A DNA stretch of 63,911 bases, filler included, from Octopus bimaculoides (taxonomy: Eukaryota): NCBI RefSeq assembly GCF_001194135.2. It is 6 parts of 4 records of this genome, joined end to end, with 100 filler letters (N's around TTAATTAATTAA, not from the genome) between each part and the next. Parts side by side here need not be neighbours in the genome. Positions count along the whole stretch, not along the records: positions 15,084 to 31,498 come from NC_068995.1; positions 31,599 to 52,520 come from NC_068995.1; 4 more parts are not named here. One strand, written 5' to 3'. Below the pieces are notes generated by a model that did not search any database, had not been told where the DNA came from, and worked only from the letters and a program-made list of their open reading frames with translations. Both the position numbers and the translations under genes were made by a program. Below, piece by piece: positions 27,985 to 40,137 of the stretch (position 1 is the stretch's first letter; each line of letters starts with the position of its first letter).

Positions 27985-29075
27985 CATTCAGTTTTGTGGA
28001 TGGGTCTTCCCTAGGACCTCATATTACCATACATCTCAGTCTACTGTCATTTCCTCCGTGAGCCCCAACATCCTAAGATCAGTCCTCACCACTTCATCCC
28101 ATGTCTTCCTAGGTCTCCTTCTTTCACAGATACCATCCACTTTCAGTGACAGGTACTTCTGTATACAGCTGTCTTCACTCATACGCATCACATGTCCAAA
28201 CCAACACAGTCTCCTCTCCTGCATACCACATTTAATCCCTCTTATGCCTAATTTTTCTCTCATCACGGTTGTACTTTGTTGGTCATGCACACTGATATTG
28301 CAAATCCAACAGAGCATACTACCTTCATTCCTCTCCAGTCTACACATGTCCTCCACAGTCAGAACCCTTGTCTCACTACCATGTAACATAGCTGTTCTCA
28401 CACAAGCATCATACAACCTACCTTTCACTCTGAGAGAGAGTCCTTTTGCTGCCAACAGAGGTAGTAGTTCTCTGAACTTTCNNNNNNNNNNATGTCTTCC
28501 TAGGTCTCCTTCTTTCACAGATACCATCCACTTTCAGTGACAGGTACTTCTGTATACAGCTGTCTTCACTCATACGCATCACATGTCCAAACCAACACAG
28601 TCTCCTCTCCTGCATACCACATTTAATCCCTCTTATGCCTAATTTTTCTCTCATCACGGTTGTACTTTGTTGGTCATGCACACTGATATTGCAAATCCAA
28701 CAGAGCATACTACCTTCATTCCTCTCCAGTCTACACATGTCCTCCACAGTCAGAACCCTTGTCTCACTACCATGTAACATAGCTGTTCTCACACAAGCAT
28801 CATACAACCTACCTTTCACTCTGAGAGAGAGTCCTTTTGCTGCCAACAGAGGTAGTAGTTCTCTGAACTTTCTCCACCCTATTCTTATTTTAGAAACAAT
28901 ACTTTCATAGCATCCACCACCGTTGCTAATTTGATCACCTGAATAGCAGAACCTATCTACTACCTCAAGAGAGCCTCCTGGGCATGTGAGAGAGTTTAAG
29001 TCCCTTGTGCTTTTACTACTTACTGTTCCAGTGCTTCTGCCACACACAAAAGCAACCTTATCTGATTCCACTGCA
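27985..29075 (-). mobile_element. RTE LINE, RT C-terminal region and 3' end
   Basis: ORF 28418-29071 reads SIVSKIRIGWRKFRELLPLL...ERRLCWFGHVMRM; part is duplicated across a 10-N gap. Confidence 0.9.
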
Positions 29076-29534
29076 TCTCATATGCATTTGTAGTGTGGAA
29101 TATATGTTCAGTATCAAGTATTGAAATGGCTGCGTGTATATTATTAGAAGAAATCTTACAAAGAAGAAGAATAAATTTAAGAACTATATATTTACTACAT
29201 AAAAATATATTTTATTATTTGGTTGTTGATGAAATATAATCAATATGTAGAATCTAGTTGAATGAAGGAAGTTCAGATATGTAGAAGTAACAGCTAAGTG
29301 GTGGTTTTCAGTTATGTGGCATAGAGAAATAGACAGGCATAGCAATGATGTGAATGACTCAGAGTCTAGTCAACTAAGAAGCAAAGAGCAGGGCAAGTAA
29401 GCTGTTTTTATTAATGGAACGCTAAATATTCTAGAAACTTCCAAGAGAAACGCGAAGCTTCTTGAATAATTAAGAATTACTTCTCATGAAATAGAATCTT
29501 CCGAGAAACTTATTGACGGGAGATTACTCTATAA

Positions 29535-30385
29535 AACTTCTTGCAAGATAGATCATTCAACTATTTTAGCTACAGACCACAGACTACTACACATCCATAG
29601 GTTACACTTTGTATAGCGAATGAAATTACATCCCACTCCTTTCCTACTTATTGAACAAGGCCATTTACCAGCTGGAATGAGAGTCTGATCTCCTTTCTCG
29701 GTAGCAAAAACTTTAATCTTAGCTAACTTAACTCTAAGGCCCTTTGATTCCAGGTTTTGCTTCCAAAACCCGGAACTTCTTCTCCAATTCTGCTTCAGAT
29801 TCTGCAATAAGAGCAAGATCATCAGTATATAACAGTTCTCATGGGCATCCAGTTTTAAATTCATCTGTTATGGCTCGGAGAACTATGATAAATAAGAGTG
29901 AACTAAGAACTGATCTCTGGTGTATTCCAGCTTGTACATTAAATTCATCACTGTATTCAAGGCCAACTCTCACCTTACTGACAGCATCATTGTACATGGC
30001 CTGTATGGCTTTAAGATGCCACTCCTCTACTCCTAGCTTCCTTACAGACCACCAAATAAGAGAGTGGGGAACCCTGTTGAAAGCTTTCTCCAGGTCGACG
30101 AAGGCTAAGTACAATGGCTTACTTTTGGCCAAATACTTTTCTTGCAACCATGTCACTATGAAGATGGTATCTTTGTTACTTCTTCCAGAAACAAAACCAA
30201 ATTACATCTCATCTAGTTTAATTCTATCCCTAAATAGTTGAGATATAACTCTGTGTAATTTTCATGACCTGATCCAGCAGTTTGATACCTCTGTAGTTGT
30301 TTCTATCTAAGCTGACTATAATACTGCTACACCAGTCTTTGGGGATAATGCCTTCCTGAATAACCTGATGAACTATGCGAGTGAC
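29535..30385 (-). mobile_element. RTE LINE reverse transcriptase core, degenerate
   Basis: LYLAFVDLEKAFNRVP, GIHQRSVLSSLLF and Y(T)DDLALIAE motifs. Confidence 0.9.
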
Positions 30386-30444
30386 TAGGCTGTCTCCCAC
30401 ACAACCTGATATTTTAATTGTCTCAGCAGTAATAGCTGATGGTC

Positions 30445-30487
<43 letters not shown>

Positions 30488-30491
<4 letters not shown>

Positions 30492-31355
30492 GAAACCAGC
30501 ATTTTGCAATATTATTTTATTCACTTAGTTTTGAATGTTTACACTTTTATTACCTTCAAAATATTCTCCATTTGAAGCAATGCATTGGTCCAGGTCTGTT
30601 TTCCACTATTTGAAGCAGTGCTGGAACTCTTGTGAAGTGATGCCTTTCAATGACTCTATTGGTTTTGTTTTTCACCTCTTCCACATCTTCACAATATGCT
30701 TTCGTCATCAGTAATGACCTTTGAAAAAAAGGTCTGGATCAACTTCCAACTGTTCTTTCAGTTCACAACATGCATTCAGTCATAACTGCTTTTTGTCTTC
30801 TGTGAGCAAGTGAGGTACAAATTTTGCCACAACTCTTTTCATTTGCAATTCCTTCCTCAAAATTTGTTGGCAGGAGCTCCAGGACACACCAGTCATATCA
30901 ACGAGCTTGTCAATTGTTCAGTGATGGTCCTCCAAGATCAATGCATAAATTTTCATGATGTTTTCATTCGTTCAGGAGATCGATGATCGTCGTCAATGAA
31001 GTTGGTCTTCAAGCAACAAGTAACCATTCCTAAAGTGTGGAAACCACTTGCAAACTTGTGTTTTGCTCATGGCAGCATCCTTGTAAGCTGTTTGAAGCAT
31101 GACAACTGTTTCGGTCACCAGTTTCCTCAGCAGTAAGCAGAATTTCATAGAAGCATGCTGTTCTTTTGTTTTAGCCATCGCAAAAATTGACAAACAGGAG
31201 AAGCACTGCAAAACGAAGATGCACTATGTGGCAGTACGATCTCACTGGATGCAGCTCGTCAGCAGACTGATGCCTGAAGGCCACAGCAGAAGCCTGAACT
31301 AACAATGGGTTTGTTCCACAGATAATGTTTCCAGTTACTTTTGGGTACCCTCTCG
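30488..31355 (-). mobile_element. Mariner transposon relic
   Basis: N-terminal HTH (EQHASMKFC...ETVVMLQTAY...QVCKWF) with stops; TA-flanked right TIR inside (TA)n. Confidence 0.8.
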
Positions 31356-32409
31356 TATATATATATATATATATATATATATAGGAAAATGTAAAAAAGC
31401 CAGAATGCTGAACTGGGAGAATAATTTAATGAAGATTTTTTCTAACCGGTTTTCATTGCGATGAAGCAAATTATCAAGAAGAAGGAGAATGAAAATGTNN
31501 NNNNNNNNNNNNNNNNNNNNNNNNNNNNNNNNNNNNNNNNNNTTAATTAATTAANNNNNNNNNNNNNNNNNNNNNNNNNNNNNNNNNNNNNNNNNNNNAT
31601 ATATATGCATATATTGTATATACTGACATTCGACACCCCCTCAAGTATAAACATTTTCCAAATAAACAACGATGCATACAAGGACAGAGAAACACGCAGC
31701 CGACACGACTGTTGCATGCACACGCGCATAGGCGCTGTGGTGGCGATGGACTTCACATCTAATAGATAACTTAATGTCATAGACTGCCATCATTGTCATT
31801 CATACATACATACATACATACATGCATACATACATACATGCATGCATGCATGCATACATACATAGCTAGCTAGATAGCTAGATAGATAAACAGACAGACA
31901 GAGAGATAAAAAGATAGATAGATAAACAGACAGACAGATAGATAGAAAGATAGATAAATAGATAGATCGATAGATAAATAGATAGATTGATACAAACACA
32001 TTCAAACACGTACACTCACACACATATATATTATAGATAGTTGTGTGTGTGTGTTTGTGTGTGAAGACACTTCGTTCTTTAAGCAACACTGAATTATGTG
32101 ACTGACAACATTAGGATTGATTCTCAGTGCTAATGTCACTTTACATTAAACTTGTAATGTTGAGTGAGGAGTAAAACTCAACTTTACGTTTGTAACTCAA
32201 TACCTTTAAAACACCACTAATTATTTTAGCAGGTTGGTTCTTCTTTCATCTATTTATTTGCTTAATTTGTTTATTTTATTTGTTTCTTTACTGTGAACAG
32301 AAATGTTTTAGAAAGACGAACAACTACTAATTTATTTTTAATATAACAAGAACAAGAAGAATGATGACGACGATGATGATGACGACGACACCACCAACAA
32401 CAATAACAA

Positions 32410-33545
32410 TAATAATGTTTTCTTTATTCACCACTAAGGGTTCACAAAAGACATTGGGGACGGTACAGAACAATACAATGTGGGGTTACATAAACAGAAG
32501 CGTGTAAACAATAAAAAAACAAGTGTATAAATTTTAACTACGATCATTTCCCCAAAATAGGAAGACTTCCAAGGGCTGCTCGTGGAGATCCCACAAAACC
32601 TCGCATGCTAAGAGTAGGCCCGTCCACCTGGACCGTTCTTTCCACATTCACCCACCTTTCAATAAGATTGCTGCGAGGCAGCACTTCCCTCTCAGCCTTC
32701 CTTTTCAAGTCTGTCTTCAGCCCTTTCAATCAGGCGCATCGCACATCTTTCGCTAAGACACCAGACAAAGAAACACTACCAGCCCTTACTGGCAAAGGAA
32801 GGCGGCAGAACGATCTCCACAATCGATTCAGCCGATAGACGCACCCATCCTACACATGACATCAGATGTTCGACATAAATCCACAAGCCGGCAATGCTCG
32901 AACACTGGACGGGATCTTGCAGAACAGTTTCGTCGCTTTGCAAGCACCTCGGACAAGCTCGGCTGACGGCGCTTCCATGCCTGTACAGTTTCTCAAGAAA
33001 CGGCAATTCTCCACGGTGGAAATTCTCCATGGGCCCCGGTTTGAAACTCCTCCGATACAGACCAGTCAGTTGTTTCTGATTGACGCCCAGTCTTCACGAG
33101 AACATCGTCGCACTTGCCTGCCACTAACCCTCAACAGAACGTCAAAGTGGAACTTCCACCGACCGCATTGATAGAGGATTGCGTGCGCCTGAAGATACTC
33201 TAGGTGCCAGACGCCCTGCCTCGGTCTAGGACTGCAGCTGTGAAAAATCCAGTCTGACAAACGGTGACTACACCTGCTCACCGTCAATGGAAGTGCTGGA
33301 GATGTCGCAGTCTTAGCGCATGTCTGCGCATCAGCAGCCACGGTATACTCAGCCCAACATTCAGCGGGTGTTGACAGTAAATAGAATGCCTAACCAGTGC
33401 AACGGGAATGCGTCCCTTCCACAGAAAACGCTTAGGTCACAGGTTAACTGGGACAAGACAGCAAAACGATGTTCGCTCCTTTATTTGAACCACCCTCCGA
33501 CCAAGCTATGTCGGAATTAGCCACAATTCCTTACTTTTCAGGGAT
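32410..33545 (-). mobile_element. Tx1-like (L1 clade) LINE 3' portion
   Basis: RFLWKGRIP, CQHPLN..LSIPWLLMRRHALRL and CPRC...ETV zinc-knuckle-like motifs; AATAAA followed by a simple-repeat tail. Confidence 0.75.
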
Positions 33546-33890
33546 GGTTGCACTTTCTTTGGCTTTCTCTTCAGTTGGGAATCTCGCACTGGCGACATAA
33601 TATCTTATTCCCCAGACTGGTATTCTGGGCCTGCGTCACTCGCTCTAGTTTCCTGGTTTTTGATGAAATACTCTTGCAGATAAAAGTTTTTTTTCTTCTT
33701 GTATCTACTTGTATTCTCTTTGACGTGTTTCGAAATATTGTTCTGTCATTCAAGTGCACTTTGGCGTCACTAAACGTTTTTCTTTTTTTTTTTTTCCGAC
33801 AAGCCAACTTTCTCCAGTCGACGACATGCTTGTGCGAAACCGTTTCCAATTTGTTTAGAAACAACGTCCGCTGTTTTTGTTTCACTAATG
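33545..33890 (-). mobile_element. Possible R4/Dong-like pre-RT fragment
   Basis: Basic ORF KQRTLFLNKL...WRKL... resembles the region upstream of RT in RLE LINEs; assignment from memory of the family. Confidence 0.4.
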
Positions 33891-34085
33891 TTTGTGTTGG
33901 GGATGGCGGTGGTAGTGGTAGTGGTGTACCTGTTGTTGCCACTGGCAGTGGTGGTGGAAATGGCAGTGTTCTTGCTTTTGCTGGTGTTGTTTTCTGTTGA
34001 CGTTGTTCTCTGCTGTTCTTGTGATGGTGATGATGGTGTTGAAATTTTTAGCAGCGGAAAAGTAGCTTCATACTTTCTTGTACTG

Positions 34086-34116
<31 letters not shown>

Positions 34117-34405
34117 GACACTACTGCTGCTGCTGCTATCACTGATTTTAACAATTTCACTGTTCTGTTCTGCGGATATCTAGCTGTTCAGCGGACGAAA
34201 AGTCTTCGTCAGCTTTCTTTCTTTTTTTAACAAGAATTGAGAGGCGTGTTTGTTAAGGAGATTGAGAAAAACTAACCAGCTCCCTAAGGTCTTGGTTAGT
34301 TTAACTATAAAACAATAACATGACTTCATATATTTGTGTAACAATAGAAATATTGATAGACTTACGGGAGCCATGTGCAGTACGTATCCATAGACGAACA
34401 AACAA

Positions 34406-34452
<47 letters not shown>

Positions 34453-34472
34453 ACACACTCACAACAAATAGC

Positions 34473-34528
<56 letters not shown>

Positions 34529-34819
34529 NNNNNNNNNNNNNNNNNNNNNNNNNNNNNNNNNNNNNNNNNNNNNNNNNNNNNNNNNNNNNNNNNNNNNNNN
34601 NNNNNNNNNNNNNNNNNNNNNNNNNNNNNNNNNNNNNNNNNNNNNNNNNNNNNNNNNNNNNNNNNNNNNNNNNNNNNNNNNNNNNNNNNNNNNNNNNNNN
34701 NNNNNNNNNNNNNNNNNNNNNNNNNNNNNNNNGAAAGCACGTTATAAAAATAAAACTACTGAACAATAATAATAATAATAATAATAATAATAGCAATAAC
34801 AATAACAATAATAATAATA

Positions 34820-35125
34820 ATAATAACAAGAGTTTCGAGGCATTGTAAAAAACATCATACAAACATGTCTATGGCTTGGATTGACTTTAAGAAGGCTTAT
34901 GATATGATGCCTCATTCTTGAATCGTTGAATACCTGCAGATGTTTAGTGTTGCTGACAACATCATAAATTTTCTGATGCACAGCATGAAAGAGTGGAGAA
35001 CCAAATTGTACTCAAGGAATGTATTCCTTGGAGAAGTTAATATTAAAAGGGGAATCTTCCAAGGTGACTCGTTTTCTCCGTTACTATTTGTAATAGCACT
35101 AATATCTATAACAATGACACCTTAG
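34820..35125 (+). mobile_element. R4/Dong-like RT fragment 1
   Basis: MAWIDFKKAYDMMPHS, KRGIFQGDSFSPLLF; preceded by (AAT)n. Confidence 0.85.
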
Positions 35126-35159
35126 ATTGATAGAATATCTACAGACTTAGACTCCTTAC

Positions 35160-35645
35160 AGAAGCAAAAGTGGGAGGGGGTCAAGGTAGCAGATATAAGA
35201 TCTGCTCTCAGGAAGTCAAGCAAATGGAATTCTCCAGGAAAGGATAACATTCCTAACTTCTGTTTGAATGCCATGAACTGCTAACAAAACTTTACAACGA
35301 TGTTTTGCAACATCCTAGTATGATGCCCTTTTGGTTAGTTAATAGTTTAACATTCCTACTTAAAAAAATTTTCTTTAAACGAGCCAAAAGGATGTAAACG
35401 TGGATCTTATGGTTGTAAAATCAGCTACTCATCAATAAGATGATCTTAGAAGGTTGTCACAAACGACACAAAAACTTGTTAATAGCCTGCATATACTATA
35501 AAAAAGCTTTTGATAGTTTACCACATAGCTGGATTAAGAAATGCCTGGAAATGTATAAAATAGCACCTACTCTGCGAAACTTTTTGCCTGTAAGTATGAG
35601 ATCATGGAGAACCACACTAACTTTGAACAGTGACAATGAATCTCT
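35160..35645 (+). mobile_element. R4/Dong-like RT fragment 2
   Basis: KWNSPGKDNIPNF, GCKRGSYGCK and YKKAFDSLPHSWI motifs. Confidence 0.85.
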
Positions 35646-36117
35646 AGCTTGAGCTTGGCGTGGATCGATTATAAGAAAGCGTATAATATTGTTCCCCATT
35701 CTTGGATTTTGAAAGTTTTGAGCCGGTACAGGTTTCTGATAACACATCAAATTTTATTAGGAGATCAATGAAAAACTGGAATGTAGAGTTAACTTCATGT
35801 GGAAAGTCTTTGGTGGGGGTTAACCTCAAGAGAGGCATATTTCAAGGAGATAACCTATAACCATTGCTGTTTGTGATTTGTACGATACCCCTCACATTGA
35901 TACCAGGGAAAGTGACATTGGGGTACACTTGAAAAGTGAAGGAAAATTAAATCACCTGTAATATATGGATGACTTAAAGATCCTTGGGAAGACCGAACGT
36001 GAAATAATTTCAACAGTGCAGATATTCAGTAAAGATATCGGGATGAAACTTGGGGCTAAAAAGTGTGGTATGCTTATAATACAAAAAGGCAAAGTAGTGT
36101 CGTCTGATAGTGTAGAA

Positions 36118-36847
36118 CAGTGGTTCCCAAACTTTTTCGGGTTGCTGTCCTCTTGACCTCCAGGCCACATTCCTAGTGCCCCCACCTCAACTAACCATCA
36201 CAAACATAGACTTCTTTCTGAAGCAAATTCAAAGCAGCCGTATTTCACAAATAAAACTTAACCTATTAGGCGCAGGAGTGGCTGTGTGGTAAGTAGCTTG
36301 CTTACCAACCACATGGTTCCGGGTTCAGTCCCACTGCGTGGCACCTTGGGCAAGTGTCTTCTACTATAGCCTCGGGCCGACCAAAGCCTTGTGAGTGGAT
36401 TTGGTAGACGGAACCTGAAAGAAGCCCGTCGTATATATGTATGTGTGTCTGTGTTTCTCCCCCCAACATCGCTTAACAACCGATGCTGGTGTGTTTACGT
36501 CCCCGTAACTTAGCGGTTCGGCACAAGAGATCGACAGAATAAGTACTAGGCTTCCAAAGAATAAGTCCTGGGGTCGATTTGCTCGACTAAAAAGGCGGTG
36601 CCCCAGCATGGCCGCAGTCAAATGACTGAAACAAGTAAAAGAGTAAAAGAGTAATGAACCCATTATTTTGTTGTTTTTGCATGAATCGCTTACTCCATTA
36701 TCGCTCCACTTTTTACATGAATCGCTACCCCATTATCGCCCCACTTTTTACATGAATCGCTACCCCATTATCGCCCCCCTCTTCTTCAACGCCTCCTTAG
36801 AACTTTCCAATGGTGGGGTGCAATATCGCCCACTTTGGGAACCACTG
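36118..36847. mobile_element. hAT-type MITE
   Basis: TIR CAGTGGTTCCCAAA/TTTGGGAACCACTG; exact 8-bp TSD GTGTAGAA; three copies of a roughly 33-bp internal repeat at about 36679-36780. Confidence 0.92.
36267..36652 (+). mobile_element. SINE family A, full length, nested in the hAT MITE
   Basis: TGGCTGTGTGG A box, GGTTCAGTCCC B box, (GAGTAAAA) tail; probable TSD AACC(T/C)ATTA. Confidence 0.92.
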
Positions 36848-38194
36848 GTGTAGAACAACCCAACGGTGAGAAATAAAAGATATTGAAACTGAAGAATATA
36901 AGTATCTGGGTATTTTGGAATGTGACAGAATCATGGGAAATGAAAATGAAGGAAAGCATTAGGCGGGAATATCTCAGAAGAGCCGAATTAATTATGGGAA
37001 GTAGGCTCAATGGAAAAAAAACAAGATCAGGGCAATGAACACATGCTGTTAGGTGGACAAAGAACGAGCTTGAGGAAATGGACAGGAAAACCAGAGAAGT
37101 GATGACAGTTGACAAGGAACTACACCCAAAAAATGATACTGATAGGCTGCATGTGCCTTGGAACTAGGGAGTAAGAGGCCTCATAGGATGCAAGATCTGT
37201 GTTGTCAACGAGAAGAACAGTCTGGAATGGAATATCAAAGAGCTGAGTGAATCCTTGCTTGCCACTATTAGAATTAACAATACAATACCTACCAAAAATG
37301 TGAAGCACCCACAAACATTTAAGAAACAAGATGAAGAAGAAAGAATAAACAACTGGAAAATGAAATTACTGCATGGACAATACCTCAGAGAAATCAAAGG
37401 AAAACATTTGGAGCTGGCGAAGAAAAAGTGATCTGAAAGGATGCACTGAGGCATTGATATGCAGCGCTCAAGAACAAGCTCTGAGAACTAATTACACCAA
37501 GTTCCAAATAGATTTGACCCTTTGTAAGATGTGACAGCAAAAACGAAACAATCTCACATATCGTGAGCAAGTGTAGCAAGCTGGCCCAAAAGCACTACAA
37601 AAGGAGGCACGATAACGTGGCTAAGTTTGTTCACTAGAGGCTATGTGAAAAGTACGACCTGGACAGAGCACGGAAATGGTGCGAACATGAACCAGAAGGA
37701 GTCATCGAGAACAATAAATATAAGATACTGTGTGATTTTACAATCCAATGTGACTCCCTAAGAGATGCTGAGAGATCAGTCATTGCTGTGGTAAATACCT
37801 GGGGGTACACGCATAATTAGAAAAGATTGAAATATACAGACCACTAAAAGACGAAATTGCCAGAATGTCGACTATGAGGAGAGTGTCTGTCAATTCAGTA
37901 GTTCTAGGGGCACACGGGGCACTAAGAACCAAGTTCGAGAAATATGTCAGTGAAATCGGAATTGACATGAGAGCAGAGCAATAAACTGCTCTGCTGGGGA
38001 TAGCTAGGATTTTGAGATTGGTACTTGGATGTTGAATGTCTTCCATGATAATTAACATCCAATTATCAGACCTCATAATGTGCGGAAAGAGGCCCTGTGA
38101 GGCCTCGAACAACAGGCTGCTGTCCGCTCTCACAGTATGAACCAGAGCAAATAAGACCGAGCGTTATAAGAAATAAAACAATAGTGATAGTATT

Positions 38195-38400
38195 AATTTT
38201 ACTTGCTTCAGTTATTAGACTGCAGCCATTTTGGCGCAGCGCCCTGAAGAATTTTTGTCGAACTTATCGACCCCAGTACTTCTAATTTTTTGTAAAGCCT
38301 GCTACTTATTCTATCAATCGCTTTTAACTGAACTGCTAAGTTATGTAGACGTAAACACACCAGCACCGGTTGTCAAATGTTAGTGGGGGACAAGCACACA
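38195..38400 (-). mobile_element. SINE family A, 3' half
   Basis: Homology to other copies; runs into a (CA)n expansion. Confidence 0.8.
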
Positions 38401-38435
38401 CGCAAACACACGCACACGCACACACACAAGACACG

Positions 38436-38472
<37 letters not shown>

Positions 38473-39051
38473 ATATTCAATCACATGCATATATATATAT
38501 AGATATATCTACTACTTGTGTATGTCATATTTGCATAAATGTGCGTGCGTGGTATATCTACGTGTGTTTATATACGCATATAGAAATAGACGGACATATG
38601 CGGAGAGATATAAGTACAGGCACTCAGATGTATACACATGCCACACACACACACACACATACACACACACACACACACACACGCGCGCGCGCGCATAGAG
38701 GCGCACACACGCACATACATACATACACATACACAGATACACACGATATACACGCACATATGTACACTCATCCACACTTCTCGTATTTTACAAGTTACAA
38801 ATAAAAAAATAGATATACAAGAACCACATCTTAGACAGTACGCTCCACGTTACACACTGCACGTGACATAACCTACCCTGTCACGCCGATAAATGTAGTA
38901 AAATGTTAGGTGGGTGTGGTACAATAAAAACAAAGTGGGTAATTAATTTCTATCAATGAAAGCAGATGTAGACAAAAGTGCGAAAAATGATTGCGTGTGT
39001 GCGTATGTGTATGCATGCATATATGCATACATATATATATTTATGTGTATA

Positions 39052-39098
<47 letters not shown>

Positions 39099-39472
39099 GT
39101 GTGTTGGTGGGGCATTAAAAAGGTATCTGACTTTATTTTTTCCCGCTCAAACTAATAGCGGGTGGGAAAAATCCTTTGGATGGCAGGTGGCCCTGCCCTT
39201 TTTGCACATGCTTGAAAGTTTTTGCATCGAGGAGAGACCATAAACCCATGTCTCTGTTTTGTGCATGCTACGACTTAAGTAAAAACATACTTTGCTATGA
39301 AACAGCCGTAGTCCGTACTTTAGCTGCTCCATTCATTGCCTTTTTGACACATTTATATATATATATATGTTCAAAAAAGGAAAAAGACAAAAAAAGAACA
39401 ACAACAAAAGACAACAGCGCGAGGACGTGATACAGATTGTGTTACTAGACGCTCGAGAAAGGAAAGAAAGAG

Positions 39473-39509
39473 AATTTGACGTTTCGAGCGGAGTTCTTCG
39501 TCGGAAACA
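39473..39509 (-). ncRNA. Minimal type I hammerhead-like motif (core CCGACGA)
   Basis: Minus strand GUUU-CCGACGA-AGAACUCCGCUC-GAAA-CG-UC-AAAU; U4C core and imperfect stem II. Confidence 0.45.
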
Positions 39510-40096
39510 AAGNNNNNNNNNNNNNNNNNNNNNNNNNNNNNNNNNNNNNNNNNNNNNNNNNNNNNNNNNNNNNNNNNNNNNNNNNNNNNNNNNNNNNNNN
39601 NNNNNNNNNNNNNNNNNNNNNNNNNNNNNNNNNNNNNNNNNNNNNNNNNNNNNNNNNNNNNNNNNNNNNNNNNNNNNNNNNNNNNNNNNNNNNNNNNNNN
39701 NNNNNNNNNNNNNNNNNNNNNNNNNNNNNNNNNNNNNNNNNNNNNNNNNNNNNNNNNNNNNNNNNNNNNNNNNNNNNNNNNNNNNNNNNNNNNNNNNNNN
39801 NNNNNNNNNNNNNNNNNNNNNNNNNNNNNNNNNNNNNNNNNNNNNNNNNNNNNNNNNNNNNNNNNNNNNNNNNNNNNNNNNNNNNNNNNNNNNNNNNNNN
39901 NNNNNNNNNNNNNNNNNNNNNNNNNNNNNNNNNNNNNNNNNNNNNNNNNNNNNNNNNNNNNNNNNNNNNNNNNNNNNNNNNNNNNNNNNNNNNNNNNNNN
40001 NNNNNNNNNNNNNNNNNNNNNNNNNNNNNNNNNNNNNNNNNNNNNNNNNNNNNNNNNNNNNNNNNNNNNNNNNNNNNNNNNNNNNNNNNNNNNNNN

Positions 40097-40137
<41 letters not shown>

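Larger units (their letters stand above)
35648..38180 (+). mobile_element. R4/Dong-like LINE 3' half (RT, zinc knuckle, RLE), interrupted by a hAT MITE
   Basis: WIDYKKAY, GIFQGD, YMDDLK, ETISHIVSKC...RRHDNVA and a C-terminal ARILRLVL-type motif; many stops and frameshifts. Confidence 0.9.

Noticed and set aside
28101-28872. Apparently exact 381-bp direct duplication of RTE sequence
   Set aside because: Identical copies separated by exactly 10 N indicate an unmerged contig overlap
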